This document shows, piece by piece, positions 39,654 through 49,477 of a stretch of 64,000 nucleotides of DNA. The translations under genes and the position numbers were made by a program. A model generated the notes under the pieces. The model did not search any database and had not been told where the DNA came from. It worked only from the letters and a program-made list of their open reading frames with translations. The stretch is taken from contig OZ252098.1 in NCBI GenBank assembly GCA_965248355.1, positions 3,296,001 to 3,360,000 of the forward strand, in the 5' to 3' direction. The DNA comes from Candidatus Latescibacterota bacterium. Lineage in GTDB: Bacteria > Latescibacterota > UBA2968 > UBA8231. The first letter of the stretch is position 1. The number at the start of each line of letters is the position of its first letter.

Positions 39654-40174
39654 CGGCGAAGCCCCAGCCGGCGCCGATCAAGGTGACGCACCCGGAGCAG
39701 GTGGACATGGCCCGGGTGCGGCTGTTCCGGGAGCCACGGTGGATGCTGCGGCTGACCATCGACGGCGACCGGTCGTACACGCGCGTCAAGGTCGTGCGGG
39801 CGGCCCCCTTGTCCCATCCGCGCCGCTACATCTGCCTTCTCGACGAGAAGGACGAGGAGGTGTGCATGATCCCCGATCTCAAGGAGCTGGACGAAGGCAT
39901 GCGCGCCATCCTCGAGGAAGAACTCGACCGGCGCTACCTGACCTCCACGGTGCAGCGCGTGCTCTCCATGCGCAACGAGTTCGGCACCTCGTACTGGGAC
40001 GTGGAGACGAACCGGGGCCGGCGCGAGTTCGTCGTTCAGAACGCCGCCGAGAGCGCCCAGTGGCTGGGAGAGCACCGGCTCATGCTGGTCGACGTGGACG
40101 ACAATCGTTTCGAGATTCCCGACCTCCGCGGGCTCGACAAGAAGAGCCTGAGCCTGGCGGAGATGGTGCTGTGA
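39650..40174 (+). CDS. DUF1854-like protein
   Basis: ATGA coupling; VRAAPL, VETNRGRREF, LVDVDDNRFEI; paralog of 1133-1636. Confidence 0.85.
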   Translation: MTAKPQPAPIKVTHPEQVDMARVRLFREPRWMLRLTIDGDRSYTRVKVVRAAPLSHPRRYICLLDEKDEEVCMIPDLKELDEGMRAILEEELDRRYLTSTVQRVLSMRNEFGTSYWDVETNRGRREFVVQNAAESAQWLGEHRLMLVDVDDNRFEIPDLRGLDKKSLSLAEMVL

Positions 40175-40217
40175 AACCTCGCCCCCCGGACCACCCCGAA
40201 CACAGTGAGAGAGGCCC

Positions 40218-40886
40218 ATGATCCGTACCGACCCCGCCGTCGTCGAAGCCCTGAGCCAGTTCGATTCCCCCACCCTGTTCAACGCCCTGGCGGAGATCTC
40301 CGGCCTGCCGAACGAGGAGTACACGGACCACACGATCCGTTGCCTGCTCCCGGACCTGGGGCCGGCGGTCGGTTACGCCGTCACCGCCGAGGTCACGACC
40401 AACGATCCGGACTCGCCCCAGGTCCCCTGGACCGATTACTACGAGTGGCTGGAAGGTCTCGAGGGACCCATGGTCACCGTCCTTCAGGACGTGGACTCAC
40501 GGCCGGGCCGGGGCGCCTGCATCGGCGACGGCATGGCGGCCCTGCACAAGCGCCTGGGCGTGACCGGCGCCATCGTCAACGGCACCGCCCGCGACCTGCC
40601 CGGGATCCGGCGTTTCGGGTTGCCGGTCTGGGCCTGGGGCGCCGTTCCCGGACACGGGGCCTTCCACCTCGTCCGCTTCGGCGGCTCGGTGACCGCCGGG
40701 CAGCTGCGGATCCAGGCCGGCGACCTGCTGATGGCCGACCTCGACGGTTGCGTGCGCATCCCGGTGAAGGACGCGGAGGAGGTCGTGAGGGCTGCCGGCG
40801 AGGTCCGGGATATGGAAGCCGGGATCCACACCTTCTACAGCTCCCCCGACTTCACGGTGGCGGAGATGAAGAGGCGGAAGGGCTGA
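40218..40886 (+). CDS. RraA-family (HMG aldolase-like) protein
   Basis: AVGYAVTA, ACIGDGM, NGTARD, GDLLMADLDG. Confidence 0.88.
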   Translation: MIRTDPAVVEALSQFDSPTLFNALAEISGLPNEEYTDHTIRCLLPDLGPAVGYAVTAEVTTNDPDSPQVPWTDYYEWLEGLEGPMVTVLQDVDSRPGRGACIGDGMAALHKRLGVTGAIVNGTARDLPGIRRFGLPVWAWGAVPGHGAFHLVRFGGSVTAGQLRIQAGDLLMADLDGCVRIPVKDAEEVVRAAGEVRDMEAGIHTFYSSPDFTVAEMKRRKG

Positions 40887-40941
40887 CCGAAGGCCCCGGG
40901 AAACCTCGGCGGCCGCCCCCGGCCCCTGGGAGCCGCGCCCC

Positions 40942-41703
40942 TTGAACCGATACCATCACGCCAACAGGGATCGCTGGGACCTGGCCTCCGCCGGATGGGC
41001 GGCCATGCATGACCGGCGCGGCACGTGGCGGATCGCCCATGAGCAGCCGGAGAAGGTCTTTCTGGAGCAGGAGTTGGACCTGATCGGTGATGTCGAAGGC
41101 CGGCAGGTCTGCGTTCTGGGCAGCGGCGACAATCTCGCCGTCTTCGCCTTCGCCGGAATGGGCGCGCAGGTGACCTCCGTGGACATCTCCTCCGGCCAGT
41201 TGGCGGTGGCCCGGGACCGCGCCGCCGAGCTGGGCCTCGAGGTCGAGTTCGTGGAGGCGGATGTCACCGACCTCCATGGCCTGGAAAGCGGGCGGTTCGA
41301 TCTCGTCTACACGGCAGACCACGTGGGGGTCTGGGTCTCGGACCTGAGAGGCTTCTACCGCGAGGCGCTCCGCATCCTGCGCCGCAAGGGCCTCTTTCTC
41401 ATCACCGAGTACCATCCCTTCCGACGGATCTGGAAGGACCGGGAGGACCGCCTGGAGCTCATGTGCAGCTACCATCACAGCGGTCCCCACGAGTACGATG
41501 TCGAGAACCTGCTGCAGGAGAATTTGGACGAGGCCCGGCAGTTCGAGTTCCACTGGACGGTCGCCCAGTACCTCAATGCCGTGATCGAGCAGGGCGCCGA
41601 CCTGGTCAGGTTCGACGAGATCGGCGATGAGGCGGAATCGTGGGAGCACGCCCCGCTCGAGGGATTGCCCCGGAAGCTCCTGATCGCGGGCCGGAAGCGC
41701 TGA
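40942..41703 (+). CDS. Class I SAM-dependent methyltransferase
   Basis: VLGSGD motif I variant, VDISS, FVEADV, FDLVY. Confidence 0.88.
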   Translation: MNRYHHANRDRWDLASAGWAAMHDRRGTWRIAHEQPEKVFLEQELDLIGDVEGRQVCVLGSGDNLAVFAFAGMGAQVTSVDISSGQLAVARDRAAELGLEVEFVEADVTDLHGLESGRFDLVYTADHVGVWVSDLRGFYREALRILRRKGLFLITEYHPFRRIWKDREDRLELMCSYHHSGPHEYDVENLLQENLDEARQFEFHWTVAQYLNAVIEQGADLVRFDEIGDEAESWEHAPLEGLPRKLLIAGRKR

Positions 41704-41709
41704 TCGCCC

Positions 41710-42429
41710 ATGGTTGGACGCCCGTGGTTCGAAACCCTCCATGAGAGCCTGTGGCTTCGCCCGGACGAGGGCGGGGAGGAGGAAGCCCATGCCCTCCGTC
41801 GAATCCTGCGGATCCGGAAGGGACAGCGCCTCCTGGATGCTCCCTGCGGCGCCGGACGCATCGCCCACCCCCTGGCGGCGCACGGAGTGAAGGTTGTCGG
41901 CATCGACCTGCGGCCAGCCTTCGTTGCCCGGGCCAAACGGCGGTTCCGCAAAGACGGCCTGCAAGCCGACCTGCGGTGCATGGATCTGCGGTCGCTCGCC
42001 TTCGAGAACGAGTTTCACGGCGTGTGCAACTGGTTCAACAGCTTCGGATATTTCTCGGACGGCGAGAACGCCGACCTGGCGAGACGGTTCGCCCGCGCCT
42101 TGCGCCCCGGGGGACGGCTCCTCATCGACCAGCTGAATCGGGAGCGAATCCTGCGCAACTTCCGTCCCGTGGACGTCAAGCACGGCGTGCGGATCCGGTC
42201 CAGGTGGGACGCGCGGGGACAGCGCCTCATCGGGCAGCGTGTGATCGCCGGAATCGCGGAAGAGGAGAGCCGGTCCTCTCAGCGCCTCTACACGCTCGCG
42301 CAGATGCGCGGCCTCCTCGCCTCGACCGGGCTCGCCGTGGAGTCCGCCTTCGGCTCGTTGAGCCGCGAGCCCTACCATCGAGGCAGCGGCCGCATGATCG
42401 TCGTCGCCCGCAAGAGCCATGGAGGCTGA
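41710..42429 (+). CDS. Class I SAM-dependent methyltransferase
   Basis: LLDAPCGAGR, GIDL, FNSFGYF, LRPGG. Confidence 0.9.
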   Translation: MVGRPWFETLHESLWLRPDEGGEEEAHALRRILRIRKGQRLLDAPCGAGRIAHPLAAHGVKVVGIDLRPAFVARAKRRFRKDGLQADLRCMDLRSLAFENEFHGVCNWFNSFGYFSDGENADLARRFARALRPGGRLLIDQLNRERILRNFRPVDVKHGVRIRSRWDARGQRLIGQRVIAGIAEEESRSSQRLYTLAQMRGLLASTGLAVESAFGSLSREPYHRGSGRMIVVARKSHGG

Positions 42430-42431
42430 GG

Positions 42432-43181
42432 ATGCCCGCCCCGACGGAGACACATCTGCGCCATTACCGGGAGGACGGCTGGTGCCTGATCGAGGAGCTG
42501 ATCCCGGCCGACCTGATCGAAGCCGCGCGCCGGCGGACCATGGAGCTGGCCCAGGGTCTGGCCGACTGGCCGGCGAGGCACTTCCAGGTGCTCGATCCGG
42601 GACGGTACAAGTCCGCCGCGGGCCAACCGCTGCCGGGCGGCATCCAGCAGCCGGCCAGCCAGGAGGCCGTCTTCGCCCGGATCGCCGACCATCCGCGCCT
42701 CGTGGAAGTCATGGCCGCCCTGCTGGACGGACCCGTGGAACGCTATACCGACCAGATAGGGGTCAAGCACGCGGAGGTCGCCGAGGAGCAGGGAAGCCGC
42801 AGCTATTTCCACCAGGACTCGTTCTACTGGAAGATCGCCCCCGAGCTGGGCTGCAACTGCTGGATCCCCCTGACGGAAGTCGGGGCCGGAGCCAGCGCCC
42901 TCGCGGTGATGCCGGCCAGCCACCGGGGCTGGCGGCTCGCCGGGCACGAATCGTACTACGACGATCCACCCATGGGCCGGCTGGGCGACGAGGGCTTCCA
43001 GCCATTCAAGCGCCACCGGATTCCCCCGGAGCACGTGGATTCCTCCCGCGAGAGGCTGATCCCCACCCGTCCGGGAGACGGCCTGTTCTTCACCAACTAC
43101 ACCTGGCACCGCAGCGAGCCGAACCGCAGCGGCCGGACCCGCGCCTTCTACGCCATTGCCTACCAGCGCCGCACCCGGTGA
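42432..43181 (+). CDS. Phytanoyl-CoA dioxygenase (PhyH) family protein
   Basis: FHQD, NCWIPL, MPASH, WHRSEPN..R; GGAGG RBS. Confidence 0.88.
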   Translation: MPAPTETHLRHYREDGWCLIEELIPADLIEAARRRTMELAQGLADWPARHFQVLDPGRYKSAAGQPLPGGIQQPASQEAVFARIADHPRLVEVMAALLDGPVERYTDQIGVKHAEVAEEQGSRSYFHQDSFYWKIAPELGCNCWIPLTEVGAGASALAVMPASHRGWRLAGHESYYDDPPMGRLGDEGFQPFKRHRIPPEHVDSSRERLIPTRPGDGLFFTNYTWHRSEPNRSGRTRAFYAIAYQRRTR

Positions 43182-43243
43182 ATCGAAGCCGGACCGGCCC
43201 CCGCCGGAATCCCCCTGTCCCCTGAACGATCGAGAAATCCAAC

Positions 43244-44119
43244 ATGCCAGATCCCGTTTCCGAGAATCGCCGCCCCTCCGAAGAGTGGGCGGACGTTCGT
43301 TCCCTGCGGATGCGGTACCTCGACTGGGGCGGCGAAGGCGCTCCCGTACTGGCGTTGCACGGGCTGGCCTCCTCCGCCCACTGGTACGACATCCTGGCTC
43401 CCAGCCTTCGTCAACGCTTCCGGATCATCGCCCCCGACCAGCGCGGGCACGGCCGCACGACCCAGGCTCCCGGCGGCTACGACTGGCCGTCGGTCGCCGC
43501 CGACGCCGTGGGGCTGCTGGACGTGCTGGGCATCGAGCAGGCCATCCTCTTCGGACACTCCTGGGGCGGCAATGTGGCCGTCGCCACGGCCGTCCACTTC
43601 CCGGAGCGGGTGCGGGCGCTGGTCCTGATCGACGGCGGATTCGTCGACCCCCGGATGATGCCCGGCGCCACCTGGGAGGACTTCAGCCGCCGGCTGGGGC
43701 CGCGCGATGTATCGGGTACGCGCGCCGAGTTCCTGGCCAGGATCGGCGGCCAGCTCGCCCTCTGCTGGAACAGCGAGGTCGAGCGCATCGTGCAGACCAT
43801 GGTCCATGACCGCGACGGACTGACCCACGACATCCTGCGGCCCGAGAACCAGGCCCAGGTCATACGCGCCATGTGGGACGACCCCGTCTCCGACGCCTGG
43901 CCGCGCCTGAGCTGCCCGACCCTGGCCGTGGCCGCCCGTCCCTCGGCGGAGGACGCCGTCACCGACTTCGACCTCATGCGTGACCGCATGATGGACCTGG
44001 CGCAACGGACCATCCCCGACGGCCGCGTCCACTGGATCCCCGACACGATCCACGACATCGGCTACCACAAGCCGGGAGAGCTGGCCGGCGTCATCGTCAA
44101 ATTCCTGGAGGCGGTGTAA
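43244..44119 (+). CDS. Alpha/beta fold hydrolase
   Basis: LHGL oxyanion loop, DQRGHG, nucleophile GHSWGG, C-terminal His. Confidence 0.92.
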   Translation: MPDPVSENRRPSEEWADVRSLRMRYLDWGGEGAPVLALHGLASSAHWYDILAPSLRQRFRIIAPDQRGHGRTTQAPGGYDWPSVAADAVGLLDVLGIEQAILFGHSWGGNVAVATAVHFPERVRALVLIDGGFVDPRMMPGATWEDFSRRLGPRDVSGTRAEFLARIGGQLALCWNSEVERIVQTMVHDRDGLTHDILRPENQAQVIRAMWDDPVSDAWPRLSCPTLAVAARPSAEDAVTDFDLMRDRMMDLAQRTIPDGRVHWIPDTIHDIGYHKPGELAGVIVKFLEAV

Positions 44120-44120
44120 G

Positions 44121-44258
44121 CCGCATCGGAGTCCCGGAGATGCGGAGGATCTGCGCATACTGCGGCTGCGGGAGCAGGTCCGGCAGGAGAAGAAGAACGT
44201 GGTGACCCTGCGATCGGAGGCCGAGGTGGAGGGCTTCCTGAACTCCCTGCGAGGATGA
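44121..44258 (+). pseudogene. Possible start-less C-terminal gene fragment (FlaR/topology modulation protein-like)
   Basis: Reads ILRLREQVRQEKKNVVTLRSEAEVEGFLNSLRG-stop with host-like codons; no start or RBS. Confidence 0.35.
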
Positions 44259-44285
44259 GGAACCTCGGCGGCGCGGGCTCTCCGG

Positions 44286-45236
44286 TCAGGCCAGGGCAAA
44301 GTCCGGAGGTACGTGCAGGGACCAGACCTCGCTGTCCAGCTCCTCGCCGTAGCCGCCGGCGACCCAGATCCGGTCGCGGAAGACATAGGCCGAGTGCTCG
44401 TGGCGGTTTCCCCAGATCACCCCGGACTTCACCTCCGTCCACTCGGCGCCGTCCCGCGTGTACCAGACGTCGCCGAAGTTGCCGTCCTCCCGGTTCCAGC
44501 CGCCCAGGATCCACATGCACCCCCGGTAGACGACCACGGAGAACCACATGCGCGGCCTCCACGGCGCCGCCTCGGTGACGCAGGTCCAGCGGACGCCGTC
44601 CGCCGAGCACCACACATCGTTGCGGGGGATCGTCCTCGGGCGCCAGGCGCCGCCGCCCATGATCCAGAGCCTGCCGTCGAAGACGGCGGCCTGGGCGTGG
44701 GTGCGCTTCGGCCATTCGGCGCGCCGGGTCTCCAGCCGCCAGCTCTTCCCGTCGTCGGAGGACCAGACATCGTTCTTGAGGGTGTCGGCCGTGTCCTCGT
44801 AGAAGTTCTCGGTGCCGGCCATGATCCACATGCGGTCCCGGAACACGGCGAAGGAGGGCGAGACGCGGGGGCACCAGCGGGCGCTGGCGTTCACGAGGGT
44901 CCAGTCGGCGCCGTCGGTGGAGGACCAGACCTGGTTGCAGTTGGCGTCGCCGGGCATGCGCCGGCCGCCCATGACCCACATGCGGCCGCCGTAGGAGAAG
45001 GTGGCCGGAAGATCTCCGTACTCCCACGGGGCCTCCTCGACCATGCAGGTCCAGTCGGCGCCGTCCGGCGACTTCCACACGTCCCGGGGTCCCGCGGCCG
45101 TGGGCGAGAACCAGCCGCCCAGGATCCACAGGTGGCCGTCGTGGACGAACTCCCCCTGCGAGTCCCGGGCGCGCCATGAAGCCTGCCGGGTGACGCATTC
45201 CCAGTCGGGCCCCGGCCGCGTGCGGTGTTCCGGCAT
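44286..45236 (-). CDS. Kelch-like beta-propeller repeat protein
   Basis: About six repeats of W(I/V)xGG...DVWxSxDGxxW...APW.R. Confidence 0.88.
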   Translation of the reverse strand: MPEHRTRPGPDWECVTRQASWRARDSQGEFVHDGHLWILGGWFSPTAAGPRDVWKSPDGADWTCMVEEAPWEYGDLPATFSYGGRMWVMGGRRMPGDANCNQVWSSTDGADWTLVNASARWCPRVSPSFAVFRDRMWIMAGTENFYEDTADTLKNDVWSSDDGKSWRLETRRAEWPKRTHAQAAVFDGRLWIMGGGAWRPRTIPRNDVWCSADGVRWTCVTEAAPWRPRMWFSVVVYRGCMWILGGWNREDGNFGDVWYTRDGAEWTEVKSGVIWGNRHEHSAYVFRDRIWVAGGYGEELDSEVWSLHVPPDFALA

Positions 45237-45331
45237 TTTCGGCCTCTCCGTGGCTGATGGCGGGAGGGGCGCCTAGACTTGGAGATTCCCGGACCGAAAG
45301 CAAATCACGCCCTCGCGGAAGCGAATCCCCC

Positions 45332-47464
45332 ATGCGATCCAGAACGACGCTGACCCTCCTCGGTCTCCTCCTCGCCGCCGGCGCTCCGGCCCAGGAGGAC
45401 GGCCTCGTGGCCCACTACCCGTTCGACGAGGGTGAAGGCACGGTGGCCCGCGACGCCAGCGGCCACAGCCTCGACGGAGTCATCCACGGGGCCGAGCACG
45501 TGCAGCTGCCGCGGGGTTACGCCCTGCGGTTCGACGGGCAGGACGACTACGTGGAGATCCCCGACTCGGAGCGGCTGCGGCTCACCAGCGCGGCCACGGT
45601 GAGCTGCTGGGTGAACACGCCCCTCGTCGCCGATCAGGTGCTGCTGTCGAAGAACGGCTGCAGCATCCTGCGGCAGAACTACCGCCTCAGCCTCGGCCGG
45701 AGGAGCGTGATCTTCGGCATGGCCGACTGTCCCGAGCACATGAACGCCACCGGCGCCGGCGTCGGCCAGCAGACCTGGGCCCACGTGGCCGGCACCTTCG
45801 ACGGCGGAGAGATCCGGGTCTACGTGAACGGCGAGCCGTCGGGCAAGCACACCGGCGATCCCTTCGAGTCCGGCACCCTCGAGGCGCCCCTCTACATCGG
45901 GGCCTGCTTCTACGGCACCGGCCTGATCGCTCACTTCACCGGCCAGATTGACGACCTCCGGGTGTACGACCGCGCCCTGTCCGAGGCGGAGATCGCCACC
46001 CAGTACGAGGCCCACAAGGACCTGAGGATCTCGGTGCTGGACCGCATGAAGGCGCAGATCTCACCGGTGTCCGAAGAGGACACCACGCCCCCGGCCCTCG
46101 TGCTCCCCCGGCCGGCGCCGGACTCGATGGTGGACGGGGCGCCCGTCCTTTCGGCCGGGTTCCGCGAGAACGGCTCGGGCATCGATCCCGCCTCGATCCG
46201 GATCCTGCTGGACGGCGAGGACGTCACCTCCCGCGCCGAGATCACCGGTGACGGCTTCCGCTACGCCGCGCGGCAGCCCCTGGCCGACGGCATCCACCAG
46301 GTGGAGGTGACCCTCTCCGACCGGGCGGGCAACGCCGGCAACCGGCTGCGCTGGCGCTTCGGCCTCAACGTGCCTGTCCCGGTGGAGTCGGGCTTCGACG
46401 GGGGGGTCTTCCGCGTCAACGGCGAGCCCTTCTTCCCCGTCGGCATCTACTCCTCCAACGTCTCCCCCTCCAGCCACATGCCCTACCTGGCCCAGGCCGC
46501 CGAAGCCGGCATCAACAGCAAGCTCATCGGCGAAGGCACCAAAATCCTGGACGACCTGCTGCAGGTCGGAATGAAGGGGCTCGTCCAGTTCTACTACACC
46601 TCCCAGGCCCTGGGCGACGGCGACCCCGGCCCCCTCACCGACCTGGTGGAACGGGCCGGGGACCACCCCGCCAACCTGGCCTGGTGGAACGAGTACGCCA
46701 GCGAGAACCACGCGGGGCTGGCGGCCGAGACCTACGAGTTCATCCGCGAAAGGGATCCGGATCACCCCGTCACCTTCCTCCTCAACTGGGGCGGGGCCCT
46801 GGGCGACGCCTACTTCGTCTACGCCTACCCCATCCTCAACCCGCTCCTGCCCGACGACTCGATCACCTCGATGCTAGAGCTGACCCTCGACCCGGCCTTC
46901 GAGTCCGCCGAGCCCGAGGGCAAGCAGGTGTGGTTCATCTCCCAGGCCTTCGACTACCGCCTCGACAGCAACCGCGGCCAGATCGTCACCCTCGAAGGGG
47001 GTTTCCGCCCCAGCCGCGAGGAGATCCGCGCCATGAACTACCTGGCCCTGGCGCGGGGCGTGAAGGCGCTGGTGTTCTACGCGGCCGGGGGCGAGATCCC
47101 CGGCACCGAATACACCAACGACGTGGCGATCTATCCCCGGCAGTGGACGGAGGTCCTCAAGCTCTCCGGCGAGATCCGCTACCTGGCCCCAACCCTCGCC
47201 GCGGGCGCCGCGGTTCAGAGCGTGGAGCTGGAGCAGGAAGGGGAGGCCATCCACTTCACCGAGCGGCTCCACGACGGCGTTCACACCCTGATCGCCGTCA
47301 ACGTCGAGCCGGAACTCGTCCTGGCCACCTGGCGGTTCGACCGGCCCGTGCGACCCCGGGCGATGTTCGAGGACCGCGCGGCGGGGGCGGAGTCCCGCGG
47401 CTTCACCGACCTCTTCCGGCCCCTGGAGGTCCACGTCTACCAGTGGCCGGAGGCGGGGGAATGA
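45332..47464 (+). CDS. Secreted LamG + Ig-like + putative glycoside-hydrolase-like domain protein
   Basis: Signal peptide; LamG motifs LVAHYPFDEG, WAHVAGTFDG, FTGQIDDLRVY; SGIDP...DRAGN Ig-like module; VNGEPFFPVG. Confidence 0.85.
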   Translation: MRSRTTLTLLGLLLAAGAPAQEDGLVAHYPFDEGEGTVARDASGHSLDGVIHGAEHVQLPRGYALRFDGQDDYVEIPDSERLRLTSAATVSCWVNTPLVADQVLLSKNGCSILRQNYRLSLGRRSVIFGMADCPEHMNATGAGVGQQTWAHVAGTFDGGEIRVYVNGEPSGKHTGDPFESGTLEAPLYIGACFYGTGLIAHFTGQIDDLRVYDRALSEAEIATQYEAHKDLRISVLDRMKAQISPVSEEDTTPPALVLPRPAPDSMVDGAPVLSAGFRENGSGIDPASIRILLDGEDVTSRAEITGDGFRYAARQPLADGIHQVEVTLSDRAGNAGNRLRWRFGLNVPVPVESGFDGGVFRVNGEPFFPVGIYSSNVSPSSHMPYLAQAAEAGINSKLIGEGTKILDDLLQVGMKGLVQFYYTSQALGDGDPGPLTDLVERAGDHPANLAWWNEYASENHAGLAAETYEFIRERDPDHPVTFLLNWGGALGDAYFVYAYPILNPLLPDDSITSMLELTLDPAFESAEPEGKQVWFISQAFDYRLDSNRGQIVTLEGGFRPSREEIRAMNYLALARGVKALVFYAAGGEIPGTEYTNDVAIYPRQWTEVLKLSGEIRYLAPTLAAGAAVQSVELEQEGEAIHFTERLHDGVHTLIAVNVEPELVLATWRFDRPVRPRAMFEDRAAGAESRGFTDLFRPLEVHVYQWPEAGE

Positions 47465-47476
47465 CGGGAGCATTCC

Positions 47477-48232
47477 ATGTCACAGGCTGAGTCGACGCCC
47501 CAGGTGGCCATCGTCACCGGCGCCGCCCAGGGGATGGGTGCGCACATCGCCCGGACCCTGACAAAGGACGGCGCAAGCGTCGTGCTGTGTGACTTGAGCC
47601 GCGATCAGGTCGAGCGGACCGCGGCGGAGATCGACCCGGACGGGGGCCGCGCCGTGGGCTGGCGCACCGACGTGACCGACGAATCCGCCGTCGACGAGCT
47701 GGTGGCCGCCACGCTGGCGAGGTTCGGCAAGGTCGACATCCTGGTCAACAACGCCGGCGTCCTGCGCCCGACGAGGATCGAGGAGATCTCGGCGGCGGAG
47801 TGGGACCTGGTGGTGGAGGCCAATCTCAAGGGAACGTTCCTGTGCAGCCGGGCGGTCCTCGGCACGATGAAGGCGAATCGGTACGGACGCATCATCAACA
47901 TGTCGTCCTCCGCCGGCCGCAGCGTCAGCACCCTCGGCGGCGCCCACTACACCGCCGCCAAGGCCGGGGTCCTCGGCTTCACGCGGGCCCTCGCGAAGGA
48001 GATGGCGCCCTACGGCATCACGGCGAACTCGATCTGCCCCGGCCTGATCGACACGGAGATGGTCCGCGCCAACTGCCCTCCCGAGCGGCTGCAGGCCTAC
48101 GAGGACAGCTTTCCCATCGCCCGGCTCGGGACGCCCGGGGAGGTGGCGCGGCTGGTATTGTTCCTGGTGAGGGACGCCCCCTACATCACCGGGGCCGCCT
48201 TCGACATCAACGGCGGCGACTTGATGATTTAG
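47477..48232 (+). CDS. SDR-family oxidoreductase (FabG-like)
   Basis: TGAAQGMG, NNAG, catalytic YTAAK. Confidence 0.93.
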   Translation: MSQAESTPQVAIVTGAAQGMGAHIARTLTKDGASVVLCDLSRDQVERTAAEIDPDGGRAVGWRTDVTDESAVDELVAATLARFGKVDILVNNAGVLRPTRIEEISAAEWDLVVEANLKGTFLCSRAVLGTMKANRYGRIINMSSSAGRSVSTLGGAHYTAAKAGVLGFTRALAKEMAPYGITANSICPGLIDTEMVRANCPPERLQAYEDSFPIARLGTPGEVARLVLFLVRDAPYITGAAFDINGGDLMI

Positions 48233-48250
48233 GTCATTCGGGAGAGATCG

Positions 48251-49432
48251 ATGTACGAAACGATGAAGAAGCACCTCAAGGATCAACTGGCGCAGATCGA
48301 GCAGGGCGGACTGTACAAGCGGGAGCGGGTGATCGCCGGACCACAGCAGGCCGTGGTCGACGTGGCCGGCCGCCGCGTGCTGAACATGTGCGCCAACAAC
48401 TACCTGGGGCTGGCCAATCATCCGGAGATCGTCGAGGCGGCCCGGGCTGGTCTCGACGAGTGGGGCTACGGCCTGTCCTCGGTGCGCTTCATCTGCGGCA
48501 CGCAGCCGATCCACCACGAGCTCGAGTCCCGGATCGCGGAGTTCCTCGGCACCGAAGCGGCGATTCTCTACAGCTCCTGCTTCGACGCCAACGGCGGCCT
48601 CTTCGAGACCCTGCTCGGACCTGATGACGCAGTGATCAGCGACGAGCTCAACCACGCCAGCATCATCGACGGCATCCGCCTGTGCAAGGCCCGGCGGATG
48701 CGCTACCGGAACTCCGACCTGCAGGACCTGAAGGCGAAGCTGGTGGAAGCCGCGGACTGCCGGTTCCGCCTCGTCGTCACCGACGGCGTGTTCTCCATGG
48801 ACGGCATCATCGCCGACCTGAAGGGAGTGTGCGACCTGGCGGACGAGCACGGCGCCATGGTGATGATCGACGATTCACACGCCGTGGGCTTCCTGGGCGA
48901 GAACGGGCGCGGGACCCACGAGCTGTGCCAGGTCATGGGTCGCGTGGACATCATTACGGGCACCCTCGGCAAGGCGCTCGGAGGCGCCAGCGGCGGCTAC
49001 ACCAGCGGCCGGCGGGAGATCGTCGAGCTGCTGCGCCAGCGTTCGCGGCCGTACCTGTTCTCGAACACCCTGGCACCGAGCATCGTCAGTGCCTCGCTCA
49101 AGGCTCTCGAGATCATCTCGGCTTCCAGTGAGCCGCGCGACCGGCTGCACGCCAACACGAGGTACTTCAAGGCCGGCATGTCGGCCCGCGGCTTCGAGCT
49201 CAACGGCGGCGATCACCCCATCGTTCCCATCATGCTCGGCGACGCCGTGCTGGCCCAGAAGGTGGCTGCCCGCCTGCTGGAGAAGGGCGTCTTCGCCATC
49301 GGCTTCTTCCATCCCGTGGTCCCCGAGGGCAAGGCGCGCATCCGCACCCAGATCTCCGCGGCGCACACCAGGGAGGATCTGGACTTCGCGGTCCAGGCCT
49401 TTGCCGAAGTCAAGGAGGAGTTCGGGTTCTGA
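48251..49432 (+). CDS. kbl: Glycine C-acetyltransferase (2-amino-3-ketobutyrate CoA ligase)
   Basis: [51 protein letters not shown]. Confidence 0.96.
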   Translation: MYETMKKHLKDQLAQIEQGGLYKRERVIAGPQQAVVDVAGRRVLNMCANNYLGLANHPEIVEAARAGLDEWGYGLSSVRFICGTQPIHHELESRIAEFLGTEAAILYSSCFDANGGLFETLLGPDDAVISDELNHASIIDGIRLCKARRMRYRNSDLQDLKAKLVEAADCRFRLVVTDGVFSMDGIIADLKGVCDLADEHGAMVMIDDSHAVGFLGENGRGTHELCQVMGRVDIITGTLGKALGGASGGYTSGRREIVELLRQRSRPYLFSNTLAPSIVSASLKALEIISASSEPRDRLHANTRYFKAGMSARGFELNGGDHPIVPIMLGDAVLAQKVAARLLEKGVFAIGFFHPVVPEGKARIRTQISAAHTREDLDFAVQAFAEVKEEFGF

Positions 49433-49477
49433 GCGGCGGACCGGTTCGTGAAGGCCAGCGTGTCGTAGGCGAGGCTT

